In this document: piece by piece, positions 37,440 to 45,697 of the stretch
How the letters are laid out: each line of letters starts with the position of its first letter
Position numbering within the stretch: the stretch's first letter is position 1
Source of the DNA: a virus
Lineage: Duplodnaviria > Caudoviricetes
Direction: 5' to 3' (one strand)
IMG/VR virus record: IMGVR_UViG_3300047399_000091
Location: 1-55,943 of that record
DNA: 55,943 nt
Translations under genes and position numbers: made by a program
The notes under the pieces: generated by a model
The model's input: only the letters and a program-made list of their open reading frames with translations
The model's database searches: none
What the model was told of the DNA's origin: nothing

Positions 37440-38267
37440 ATGGATTTCTTCGCCGACATGGTTGACGACATCCCCCAAGTGACCCAAGCGGCGACGGTGC
37501 AAACCGTCACGCTTTTCAAAGAGAACTGCAAAAAGTGCAACGGCACGGGTCGCTGGGTGGGCTGGAGCGTTTCCCGCACCTGCTTTAGCTGCAACGGTCG
37601 CGGCTACCACGAGTTCAAAACTCCCGCCGCCCAACGCGCTCAGAACCGCGAGCGTGCCGCTGCCAAAAAAGAGCAAGCCTCTGCCGAAGCGATTGAGTCG
37701 TTCAAAGCGGAGTATCCCGCCGAATACAGCTGGATGGTTACGTCGGCTCCGCGTTTCGACTTCGCTCAGTCGATGATCGAAGCGGTGCGCAAATACGGCT
37801 CGCTGACCGAGCGGCAGCTCGCCGCTGTGCAGAAATGCGTTGCGAAATCTGCGGAGCGTGCCGCCGAGCGCCAGCAGCGCGTGGAGCATGCCCCCAGCGT
37901 TTCGGTAGAGGCGATCGAAACCGCCTTCGCCAATGCTAAAAACGCTGGAATTCAGCGTCCTAAGCTCCGGCTCGATACCTTTGTTTTCTCGCCAGCGCCC
38001 AGCGCGGGTAAGAACCCCAACGCCATTTATGTCAAAGAAAACGGCGAATACCTCGGGAAAGTGTCTGGAGGCAAGTTCTACGCAGTGAGAAACTGCTCCG
38101 GAGACGCGCAGGGACGTGTTTTAGCAGCCGCTAGCGACCCAGCTAATGCAGCGGTAGCCTACGGCAAAAAATTCGGCTCCTGCGCTGTTTGCAACCGCGA
38201 GCTGAGTGACCCTGCCTCGATCGAGCGGGGCATTGGTCCGATCTGCGCAGAAAGATTCGGCTGGTGA
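37440..38267 (+). CDS. Zn-finger protein with C-terminal DUF6011-like domain
   Basis: CKKCNGTG, CFSCNGRG; CAVCNRELSDPASIERGIGPIC. Confidence 0.8.
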   Translation: MDFFADMVDDIPQVTQAATVQTVTLFKENCKKCNGTGRWVGWSVSRTCFSCNGRGYHEFKTPAAQRAQNRERAAAKKEQASAEAIESFKAEYPAEYSWMVTSAPRFDFAQSMIEAVRKYGSLTERQLAAVQKCVAKSAERAAERQQRVEHAPSVSVEAIETAFANAKNAGIQRPKLRLDTFVFSPAPSAGKNPNAIYVKENGEYLGKVSGGKFYAVRNCSGDAQGRVLAAASDPANAAVAYGKKFGSCAVCNRELSDPASIERGIGPICAERFGW

Positions 38268-38315
38268 TGGGAATAACCCTCTTTCCAGGAGGGTTATAAA
38301 ACGTGAAAATAATTG

Positions 38316-38386
38316 TTGCTCAATTGAACTTTTAGCAGGATAATTGACTCACCTTCTGCGATAGTGCGGGAGGTCAAAACAGGAGA
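38316..38386 (+). promoter_or_regulatory. sigma70-like promoter + leader hairpin + RBS (copy 2)
   Basis: TTGCTC-N17-GATAAT; preceded by hairpin 38273-38297. Confidence 0.8.
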
Positions 38387-38393
38387 AACAGAA

Positions 38394-38690
38394 ATGCAAT
38401 TCACCAACGACGCTGAGATACAAGGCACGAGCCTGCAGGACTACGTCTTCGCCACCTACGACGAGTTGGTTGGGGCGTTTGGCGAGCCCAATTATGGTCC
38501 GAACATACAAACGGGCAGCTCGACTTGCGAGTGGTGTTTGAAGTTCGAAGACGAAACCGTAGCCACCATTTACGACTGGAAGCAGCGCCGCACTCCGTAC
38601 GACCGCTATGAGTGGCACGTGGGCGGTCGCAGCCGGAAAGCGCTCGATCACGTAATCGAAGTGTTAAACCTCTACCGCAACCAACACTAA
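38394..38690 (+). CDS. Hypothetical early protein
   Basis: GTSLQ..YDELV..FGEP..EW..ATIYDWK..WHVGG. Confidence 0.75.
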   Translation: MQFTNDAEIQGTSLQDYVFATYDELVGAFGEPNYGPNIQTGSSTCEWCLKFEDETVATIYDWKQRRTPYDRYEWHVGGRSRKALDHVIEVLNLYRNQH

Positions 38691-38703
38691 AGGAGAAACC
38701 GAA

Positions 38704-38946
38704 ATGGCGCAATCCGTACGCAAGCAACTGGTCATCAGGCTCATTGAAGAAGGATTCACAAGCAAACAAATCGCAGAAAAAGCTCAATGCGGAGTGAGTT
38801 ATGTTTACAACATCCGCAGCGAGTGGAAAAAATCCAAAGCCGCGCTCAGCCACAACTGGGAGCCGAAGTGGTGGGAGCTGTTGCTGATTGTTTGCGGAGT
38901 TGGCTCAGCTTTGTATTTCATCATCGCTTCTGTGTTGTCATTCTGA
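38704..38946 (+). CDS. HTH protein with C-terminal TM helix
   Basis: GFTSKQIAEKAQCGVSYVYNIR then hydrophobic tail. Confidence 0.65.
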   Translation: MAQSVRKQLVIRLIEEGFTSKQIAEKAQCGVSYVYNIRSEWKKSKAALSHNWEPKWWELLLIVCGVGSALYFIIASVLSF

Positions 38947-38957
38947 TTGGAAAGAAA

Positions 38958-39122
38958 ATGAAAATCCTCACCCAATTTGTTTATCCCCCGATCCCGATCC
39001 GTTGCTACGATTGGGAAGCCATTCGGGAAGGCTATGACGAAGGCGACCCCGTTGGCCACGGATCCACCGAACAAGAAGCAATTGAAGCACTGATTGAACT
39101 CGAACTCGAAAGGAGCGAATAG
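38958..39122 (+). CDS. Hypothetical protein
   Basis: PPIPIR..DW..G.GSTEQEAI. Confidence 0.65.
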   Translation: MKILTQFVYPPIPIRCYDWEAIREGYDEGDPVGHGSTEQEAIEALIELELERSE

Positions 39123-39124
39123 CA

Positions 39125-39862
39125 ATGGAACAAATAACTCTACCGCAGGCTGCAACGGATGGCGTCAAATTCGAGAAACTCTCGGAGAAGTACGACCTCA
39201 TCAGCACCGAAGCTGTTATCAACCTTATGCGCGACGAAGGCTACACCATCACCCAAGCCAACACACTCAAGCCGCGCAAACGCGACCCGCGCACTGTGCG
39301 GCATTTTGTACGCATGCGTCACGAGTCTTACCTGAAGGAGATCAACGGTTCTGTGCCAGAAATCCTTGTCATCAACGCCAACGACGGCAGCTCCTCGTTG
39401 CGTATGGAGGCGGGACTTTTCCGCTTTATCTGCTCCAATGGTCTGATCGTTAAGTCGCAGGAGATCGATTCTGCGCGCATTCGGCACGTGGAGGTCACGG
39501 CTGAGAGAGTGCTTGAGGAGGCCAACCGCGTCATCAAATCGGCGCAGGAATCTGCACGCCGGATCGATTTGTTCAAACAGCGCTTGCTCAACAAGGAGGA
39601 GGAAATAAAGTTTTCCGTGATGGCTTCCGCGCTCTGGGGTGGTCGCGTTATGCCGCACTCCCTGCTGGAAGCTCGCCGCGTCGAAGACCAGGGCTCAGAC
39701 CTCTGGCGGGTGTTCAATCGTGTGCAGGAAAACCTCGTCAAAGGTGGCGTCGTCGGGCGCTCGCCCAATGGACGCAACACCCGCACGCACGGCATCCGCG
39801 CAATGGACAACACCGTCAAAGTCAACATGAAGCTCTGGGAACTCGCGGAGGATCTGCTGTGA
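39125..39862 (+). CDS. DUF932/DUF945 family protein
   Basis: INANDGSSS..GLFRFICSNGL; DLWRVFNRVQENL. Confidence 0.85.
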   Translation: MEQITLPQAATDGVKFEKLSEKYDLISTEAVINLMRDEGYTITQANTLKPRKRDPRTVRHFVRMRHESYLKEINGSVPEILVINANDGSSSLRMEAGLFRFICSNGLIVKSQEIDSARIRHVEVTAERVLEEANRVIKSAQESARRIDLFKQRLLNKEEEIKFSVMASALWGGRVMPHSLLEARRVEDQGSDLWRVFNRVQENLVKGGVVGRSPNGRNTRTHGIRAMDNTVKVNMKLWELAEDLL

Positions 39863-40767
39863 TCATACTGGGTGCGGGACTGAGCGGATTGATTGCGGCG
39901 GCGGTCAACCCGCAAGCTCGAGTGCTGGAAGCGCTAAGCAAAGACCGCCAGCAGCATCGCGCGGTTTTGCGCTTCCGCAGCGCGGCGGTCGGAGACGCAG
40001 TGGGGATCCCTTTCCGCAAGATCAGAGTTTACAAAAACATCTGGATGGAGTACAAGTTCCACGAGCCGAACATTCAGCTTTCGAATTTGTATTCGCACAA
40101 GGTGACGGATGGTTATTTCGATCGGTCGATCTGGAAAACAGAATCTGTTGAACGATACATCGCGCCAGAAGATTTCATCCTGCAGCTGATCGATCAGGTT
40201 GGCGACCGAGTGGAATGGGAAACTCCGGTGCACGAGCTCCCGAAAAACTACCCCATAATAAGCACAATCCCGATGAACGCTATGCTCAAGCTGGCGGGTC
40301 TCGAGCCGCGCAAAGAAGTGGCGTTCAAGTTCTCGCCCATAAGGGTGCAGCGCTTCAGGGTGAAGGCTGCGGACGTTTTCCAAACAATCTATTACCCCTC
40401 GCCAGCGACTGCGGTTTATCGCGCTTCGATCACGGGAGACCTTCTGATTGTGGAGTCGGTTGAGGGTGTTCCGGAAATCTCTCCAGAGCTCACAGAAGTG
40501 CTGGATTCATTCGGTTTGGCGGAAAGCGACCTAGAAGTTATCGACAGCAACCACAAACAATCTTACGGGAAGATCGCTCCGATTGACGAATCTTTCCGCA
40601 GGTATGCTGTAGAAAAACTTTCACAAAAACACGGTGTTTATTCTCTTGGGAGATTTGCAACATGGCGCAATATTCTGCTGGACGACGTTCTGCAAGACCT
40701 AACAGTGATCAAGAAGCTGGTGAATGCGGACTCGTACACGAGAAAACTGCAATCACTACGGGACTAG
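39859..40767 (+). CDS. FAD/NAD-binding oxidoreductase-like protein
   Basis: N-terminal GAGLSGL Rossmann motif, ISTIP, C-terminal SLGRFATW. Confidence 0.8.
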   Translation: MIILGAGLSGLIAAAVNPQARVLEALSKDRQQHRAVLRFRSAAVGDAVGIPFRKIRVYKNIWMEYKFHEPNIQLSNLYSHKVTDGYFDRSIWKTESVERYIAPEDFILQLIDQVGDRVEWETPVHELPKNYPIISTIPMNAMLKLAGLEPRKEVAFKFSPIRVQRFRVKAADVFQTIYYPSPATAVYRASITGDLLIVESVEGVPEISPELTEVLDSFGLAESDLEVIDSNHKQSYGKIAPIDESFRRYAVEKLSQKHGVYSLGRFATWRNILLDDVLQDLTVIKKLVNADSYTRKLQSLRD

Positions 40768-40893
40768 ACTGTTTCGATCGCGGCGTCGAGTTCGCCTGCA
40801 ACATCATTGAAGATTACATCATCAGTCAACAATTCACAACACAACAGCTGCTGCAAATAACAGCGGTTCTTAGAAAGAAAGTGAGCAAACAAA

Positions 40894-41631
40894 TTGAAAA
40901 TTGAACTCATTGATTACACCGGAGTCGGCAGAACAGACCAACAATGGCACGCGGCTGACGTTATGATCTTCACCAAGCAAACTCGACTCAATCTTTCTTC
41001 AGGACTGATGGAGGAGATAAAAGCGTGGCCAACTGAAAAGAAACAAACCGAGCTGGACTACATGGCCAAAACGATCAAGAGCTCTTGGGAGTTTGTGGAC
41101 GTGACCTTCCTGCTCAGCGGGATTAGCCGTGCTGTAGCGCAGCAGGTAACGCGCACCCGCACCGCTTCTTACGCGATGCAGTCGATGCGGGTGACGAATG
41201 CCTCTGAGCTGGGCGTTGTGGAAGGGAAAAAGCTCGAAGGGATGCAGCTCGAACTCTATCGGGCTGCGGTGAACTCTGCTAAACACTCTTACAAGGAGCT
41301 CGTTGAAATGGGTGTTGCGCTCGAAGACGCAAGAGGCGTGCTGCCGCTCAACACGGAATGCAATATCGTTTGTAAATACAATTTCCGCTCCGTCACCGAC
41401 TTGATCAAGGCGCGCAAATCGCTCCGCGCTCAAGGCGAATACGGCGAGATCGTGCGCGAGATGGAGCGCCTGATTAACGCGGTATGGCCATGGGCAGAGC
41501 CGTTTTTCGAATCCGACAAAGACATCGCCATCGGCATGCTCGAAGACATCGTCAAATCGATCGGATTCACAGTCGGGAAAGGAATGGGCTGGGAGATCGC
41601 AAAAGCCATCGATTTGATTCGTAAAAGCTAA
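40894..41631 (+). CDS. thyX: Atypical flavin-dependent thymidylate synthase (ThyX-like)
   Basis: SRAVAQQVTRTRTASYAMQSMR (RxRx7S with H to T), EDARGVLP, AQGE; TTG start. Confidence 0.8.
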   Translation: MKIELIDYTGVGRTDQQWHAADVMIFTKQTRLNLSSGLMEEIKAWPTEKKQTELDYMAKTIKSSWEFVDVTFLLSGISRAVAQQVTRTRTASYAMQSMRVTNASELGVVEGKKLEGMQLELYRAAVNSAKHSYKELVEMGVALEDARGVLPLNTECNIVCKYNFRSVTDLIKARKSLRAQGEYGEIVREMERLINAVWPWAEPFFESDKDIAIGMLEDIVKSIGFTVGKGMGWEIAKAIDLIRKS

Positions 41632-41671
41632 CAAGGGCAGTCAAACAAACGAGCAGGAGAAAAGTCTTTTT

Positions 41672-41830
41672 ATGACACAGAAAAATCCTATGTGTCAAAC
41701 GTGTCAAAGAGAAATTGGAGTCAAAAAAGTATTAACTGCGAATGGAAAGTCAAAACGCTGGAAGTGTTTGAGTTGCATCAACAAGGTTTCTATCAGTTTC
41801 ATTAGGATCAAAAAAAGGACAATCAAATGA
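41672..41830 (+). CDS. Small Zn-ribbon protein (not in ORF track)
   Basis: CQTC...CLSC; AGGAG upstream; ATGA overlap with next gene. Confidence 0.6.
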   Translation: MTQKNPMCQTCQREIGVKKVLTANGKSKRWKCLSCINKVSISFIRIKKRTIK

Positions 41831-42099
41831 GACAAAAGGTATACAAAATAAGTGAATTTCCTTTGAACTGGAAAAATGAAAAAGTAAAAAATGATCCTGT
41901 AAACCATCCCAAGCATTACACCGCACATCCAAGTGGGGTTGAGTGCATTCAGATTACGGAGTGTTTCAATTTTTGCAGGGGCAATGCAATCAAGTATATC
42001 TGGAGGGCAGGTGAGAAAGGCGACGAGGTTGAGGATTTGAAGAAGGCGCGGTGGTATATCGACCGTGAGATTAAACGTCTAACAGGAGAGCAGAAATGA
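41827..42099 (+). CDS. DUF3310 (T7 gp1.7 nucleotide kinase-like)
   Basis: DPVNHPKHY..ECI..GNAIKYIWRAG.K..EDLKKARWY. Confidence 0.88.
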   Translation: MRQKVYKISEFPLNWKNEKVKNDPVNHPKHYTAHPSGVECIQITECFNFCRGNAIKYIWRAGEKGDEVEDLKKARWYIDREIKRLTGEQK

Positions 42100-42437
42100 G
42101 CATCGAATGGCTGATTTATCTTGCAGATGTTGTTGGTAGTATTTATGTGTTATTTATTTTTTCTGGGTTCGTCATCGGAGTTATTTCAGTAGGCTGGATG
42201 GTCGAAGCAACAATAGACCATGCAAACAAAAAATTTAAATATTTTTATTCGATTGGAATTTCTGCATCTTTGTTGCTTTTTTTGGTGGCGGCACTAATAC
42301 CATCCAAGCAAGCTATTTACCTGATAGCAGGTGCATCAATAGCTAAAGACTTGGCTAAAACAGAAACCGCAAAGAAAGTTGAAGCCATTATCGAATCTGA
42401 GCTAGATAAACTTATCCACGAAGGAGAGCGGAAATGA
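42096..42437 (+). CDS. Membrane protein
   Basis: Two TM helices then IPSK. Confidence 0.7.
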   Translation: MSIEWLIYLADVVGSIYVLFIFSGFVIGVISVGWMVEATIDHANKKFKYFYSIGISASLLLFLVAALIPSKQAIYLIAGASIAKDLAKTETAKKVEAIIESELDKLIHEGERK

Positions 42438-42631
42438 AAGGCTACTCAGAACATCACAGGCAGCAACTGAAGAAAGCACTGGAGTATCTGGATAACCGCA
42501 AGATCAACATCATGAAGCACAACTTCAAACCTACAAACGCAGCACAGACGGATGTAGCTGCAACGATGGCGCGTTACCGGCAGCAAACACAGGGGCAGCA
42601 AATCATTAGAGAAGTTCGTAAATTTAAATAA
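42434..42631 (+). CDS. Hypothetical protein
   Basis: ATGA overlap, AGGAG RBS. Confidence 0.6.
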   Translation: MKGYSEHHRQQLKKALEYLDNRKINIMKHNFKPTNAAQTDVAATMARYRQQTQGQQIIREVRKFK

Positions 42632-42643
42632 GGAGAAGAACGG

Positions 42644-42889
42644 ATGAATTGGTTGCCTCCGCACAAATGTGGTCTATATTTAACGCACAACGAACACCTT
42701 GATGTGTATGAAAGCGTTGATCAGTTTTACGACCCAAGAGATTTCACATCACCTGATGAATGGGACAAAGCTATATCTGAAAACAATGTATGGGTATTGC
42801 AGTGGTATCCAGATACACCAGTTGGGTTCCATCGTATAGCAGCATCTACGCTTGAAGCTATAAAAGAAAAACTAAAGGAACAAACATGA
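42644..42889 (+). CDS. Hypothetical protein
   Basis: AGGAG RBS; LQWYPDTPVG. Confidence 0.7.
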   Translation: MNWLPPHKCGLYLTHNEHLDVYESVDQFYDPRDFTSPDEWDKAISENNVWVLQWYPDTPVGFHRIAASTLEAIKEKLKEQT

Positions 42890-43050
42890 CCCGCGAAGAA
42901 GCGCGTGTATGGCGCAAGCTGGAGGACTACGTTAAGGCCAGACAAAAGTTCTTCAAGGAAGAATCGCAACCTGCGTGGAAAGCATGGAAGACCGCAGAAC
43001 TACAACTGGTTTCGTCTTATATGATAAACATAAAGGATAAAAAGAAATGA
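42886..43050 (+). CDS. Hypothetical 54-aa protein (not in ORF track)
   Basis: ATGA overlaps at both ends; MTREEARVWRKLEDY. Confidence 0.6.
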   Translation: MTREEARVWRKLEDYVKARQKFFKEESQPAWKAWKTAELQLVSSYMINIKDKKK

Positions 43051-43217
43051 TCTGGGGATGGGGTGATGATGAAAGACTTGGCGATTGGGGCATTGTTGAT
43101 CGGCATCGTAAACGTGCCCGTAGAGAGGGGTTTCTTGACGGTATCGTTGTCGGCTGCATTATCTCAGTTGCTGGCGGGTTTGCAGTTAGCTGGTTGATAA
43201 AACATTATTGGAGCTAA
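43047..43217 (+). CDS. Small membrane protein (not in ORF track)
   Basis: MIWGWGDD...GIVVGCIISVAGGFAVSWLI. Confidence 0.55.
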   Translation: MIWGWGDDERLGDWGIVDRHRKRARREGFLDGIVVGCIISVAGGFAVSWLIKHYWS

Positions 43218-43219
43218 AC

Positions 43220-43396
43220 ATGGTTAAAGAATTTGTGCCGGAGATGAGGAGTGACAAAAAAGACGCGGAGATTGCGCGGCTGCGGGAGGCATTACGGAAG
43301 TATGGTGAACATGAGGAATCTTGTCCGGTTTTTGACGAATCGGGGAATAGCTTTTGCACTTGTGGTTTTAGTTCCGCGCTCGGGGAGGGGAAATGA
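43220..43396 (+). CDS. Hypothetical protein with H/C motif
   Basis: EIARLREAL..H...C..CTCG. Confidence 0.6.
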   Translation: MVKEFVPEMRSDKKDAEIARLREALRKYGEHEESCPVFDESGNSFCTCGFSSALGEGK

Positions 43397-43821
43397 TCGA
43401 ACACACTTGCAGCTACTACTGTGAACGTCCTGAGTGCATACGAGCGCAGAGGGATGAATTGCGGGATAGGTTGGGGAGAGAACTCGCCGCCGCCAAAGAG
43501 GGAATTGCGGCGCTGATGATTAAGCACGGCATGGCAACAGGCCACGGTGACACTTGCGACGATTTGTTGCGATTGCTGGACGCAGAACTCTCCGCCGCCA
43601 AAGCCGAGGCAGCCGATCAACTGCGCTGCTTTCGCATAGCGCATGACAACGCGGAAAAGGCCAAAGCCGAGGCCGAGGCGCTGCGGGAGGATGCGGAACG
43701 GTATTTGTGGTTGGCCGCACAGGTTGATTACGGAAATTGGAGTGTCGTTAGCGAAAACTTGGTTTACATGGACGACAAGGCACACATGGACGCCGCCATC
43801 GACGCGGCGCGGAAGGGGTGA
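43393..43821 (+). CDS. Ead/Ea22-like modular protein
   Basis: HTCSYYCERPEC; ATGHGDT; DAERYLWL...AIDAA. Confidence 0.6.
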   Translation: MIEHTCSYYCERPECIRAQRDELRDRLGRELAAAKEGIAALMIKHGMATGHGDTCDDLLRLLDAELSAAKAEAADQLRCFRIAHDNAEKAKAEAEALREDAERYLWLAAQVDYGNWSVVSENLVYMDDKAHMDAAIDAARKG

Positions 43822-44042
43822 TGATGAACGAAGATGAATTGATTGCAGAAATGGTAAATAAAGCAGAGGCGCTTGGATACCGCAAAGGTTTAAAGCAAGG
43901 GCTGCTGAGGGCGGCGGAGATTTGCGAGAACGGAGTTGATACACCACACCCAACGGTTAAAGAGCACATAATGCGGAATTTCGGTAAATCCCCAACTCTT
44001 TCCAAAGCCATCCGCGCCGAGGCAGAGAAGGAGAGAAAATGA
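43818..44042 (+). CDS. Hypothetical protein
   Basis: Coupled overlaps; RAAEICE..AIRAEAE. Confidence 0.6.
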   Translation: MMMNEDELIAEMVNKAEALGYRKGLKQGLLRAAEICENGVDTPHPTVKEHIMRNFGKSPTLSKAIRAEAEKERK

Positions 44043-44335
44043 CACAAGCAACGCAAATTGAAGTTGGGCAGATCGTTGCATTTTCTGCTGGCGAGTATTC
44101 AGATTATCGCATTGGATGCTTCGCAAAAGTCCTGAAACCCATCAATGCCGACGTATGGGAAGCAATGCGCGTTGCGTGCTCGGAGATTCCAAGTTGGGGC
44201 GACGAAAATGATAAACACTTTGAGGAATCAAAGGCTGCGCCGTGGCTCATTGCAAACGGATACATAGAAGAAATTGATTACACAGAACTTCACCTTGGCG
44301 AGTACGGAAGCCTTCCAGATTGGAGTGAAGCATGA
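44039..44335 (+). CDS. Hypothetical protein
   Basis: GEYSDY motif; ATGA overlaps. Confidence 0.65.
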   Translation: MTQATQIEVGQIVAFSAGEYSDYRIGCFAKVLKPINADVWEAMRVACSEIPSWGDENDKHFEESKAAPWLIANGYIEEIDYTELHLGEYGSLPDWSEA

Positions 44336-44661
44336 CCACCGACGAACTGAAGGCGCTGCTGCGGGAGTGCCGCGAATACGCAGCCAAAAGACATTTTCAC
44401 TACGGCGTAATCAAAAATGGCGAAAAAGTTGAAAACATTGAATGTAGCGGTGGCGTTTGCGAACTTTTTACCAAGATCGACGCCGCCCTCGCCTCCGACT
44501 TCGCCGTGGTATCGCCAGAAGTGTTGCTTAACGCGAAACGGTATGAGTGGTTGCGCTTAAAACATGATGACGGCGATGGAAGTTGGTTTGTATATGGCGC
44601 TCAAGACAATTTAAACGAGTCGCTTGACAAAGCCATGCTCGCAGCCTCGGAGGGAAAATGA
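44332..44661 (+). CDS. Hypothetical protein with NAKRYEWLR module
   Basis: ATGA overlaps; module related to 43393 gene. Confidence 0.6.
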   Translation: MTTDELKALLRECREYAAKRHFHYGVIKNGEKVENIECSGGVCELFTKIDAALASDFAVVSPEVLLNAKRYEWLRLKHDDGDGSWFVYGAQDNLNESLDKAMLAASEGK

Positions 44662-44867
44662 AACCAACTATCAAGCAACTGCAAGCCACGATTAAAGCGA
44701 AAGACAGGCTACTAGAGGATTATCGGGTATGGATAAAAGTTTTAGGTGAAGCGATAAATCGCGGGAGGAAAAGAGAAAATAGGCTACGCGCCAGAATTAA
44801 AGTATTAGGTAAAGCGTTGATTGAATCTGAGCGTGATTACGAATCACTCAAAAGGAGGCGTAAATGA
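44658..44867 (+). CDS. Basic coiled-coil hypothetical protein
   Basis: ATGA overlaps; internal IKVLG duplication. Confidence 0.55.
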   Translation: MKPTIKQLQATIKAKDRLLEDYRVWIKVLGEAINRGRKRENRLRARIKVLGKALIESERDYESLKRRRK

Positions 44868-45073
44868 CATCAGCAGAAAAATCCCAAATGAAAAAGGACA
44901 TTCAATTTGTCTCAGCATTCTACGGACTGTCACCGGAATCTGAGCGTATGGCGTACCTGTCTGCTATAGATTCAGACCGAGCGCGATCCATTTATCGAAA
45001 AATCAGAGAATCCATTGAGCGAGATGGACCGACGGATCTCCGACGGATCTCCGACGGATCAAAATGTCATTGA
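44864..45073 (+). CDS. Hypothetical protein
   Basis: AGGAGG RBS; runs into the repeat array. Confidence 0.5.
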   Translation: MTSAEKSQMKKDIQFVSAFYGLSPESERMAYLSAIDSDRARSIYRKIRESIERDGPTDLRRISDGSKCH

Positions 45074-45388
45074 AAACAATCTGTTATGGAAGCTCCGTCG
45101 AAGCTCCGTCGGACTCCGTCGAATGGCTGGAGCTTCAGGCGAGGGGGAGAGGAGCGAAGCGAACTCCTCTCCCCGAGCTCCGTCGGTTCTCCCTTCTCTA
45201 GGGAAGTGGAAAAACGACGGATCTCGAACTAACTGTTTCGAAAAGGAAATTTGGATTTTGTGCTTTTTGATCCGTCGGTGCTTTTTTCGGGTCGTTGGAG
45301 TGCAAGCTGTTGTTTCTTATGGATCGCAGCTGAACAACTTTTTTGATCCGTCGGTGACCGACGGAGCTCCGACGGATCTCGACGGATA
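45029..45388 (+). repeat. Bidirectional CGACGGA iteron-like array with hairpin (candidate origin/packaging region)
   Basis: 13 CGACGGA/TCCGTCG cores by hand count; 11-bp perfect stem 45144-45174. Confidence 0.85.
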
Positions 45389-45449
45389 ATGCTTTTCATT
45401 GCTCAAAAGTGAAGGCATACTTCAAATGTGTTTAACCACGGAGGTGAAA

Positions 45450-45620
45450 ATGGAGAAGTACAAGCAACAAAAAGTGAAAGCTGACGGAAAGAGCTATCGG
45501 TCGGTGGCGGCGGCGTTTGCCGCGCTCGGGCTGCCGATGCATAAACACCAAGTGTTCCGCAAAAAACTCAAAGCTGAAAAGAAAGCCGAGTTCGAAGGTG
45601 TGATGTTCGAAATCACCTGA
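45450..45620 (+). CDS. Small basic putative DNA-binding protein
   Basis: GGAGG RBS; DGKSYRSVAAAFAALGL (NUMOD1/HTH-like). Confidence 0.65.
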   Translation: MEKYKQQKVKADGKSYRSVAAAFAALGLPMHKHQVFRKKLKAEKKAEFEGVMFEIT

Positions 45621-45632
45621 ACTTTTTGAGTG

Positions 45633-45688
45633 TTGCTTTTTTAGCACTGTTCGCCGCATAATTCGGTGAGTTGTGGTATTTTCACCGA
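45633..45688 (+). promoter_or_regulatory. sigma70-like promoter + leader hairpin for packaging genes
   Basis: TTGCTT-N18-CATAAT then TCGGTGA..TCACCGA. Confidence 0.6.
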
Positions 45689-45697
45689 GACAAAATA

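Noticed and set aside
28230-42099. Known modification systems (PurZ, 7-deazaguanine, ThyA-type hydroxymethylase, DNA methyltransferase)
   Set aside because: None of their signature genes is recognisable, so any modification here would use a different route.
45029-45388. CRISPR array
   Set aside because: Units are 7-17 bp, in both orientations and partly abutting, with no regular unique spacers. DUF2800 is a usual phage replication nuclease, not evidence of a cas operon.
45015-45389. 124-aa ORF across the repeat array
   Set aside because: TTG start and a sequence dictated by the DNA repeats; more likely non-coding.
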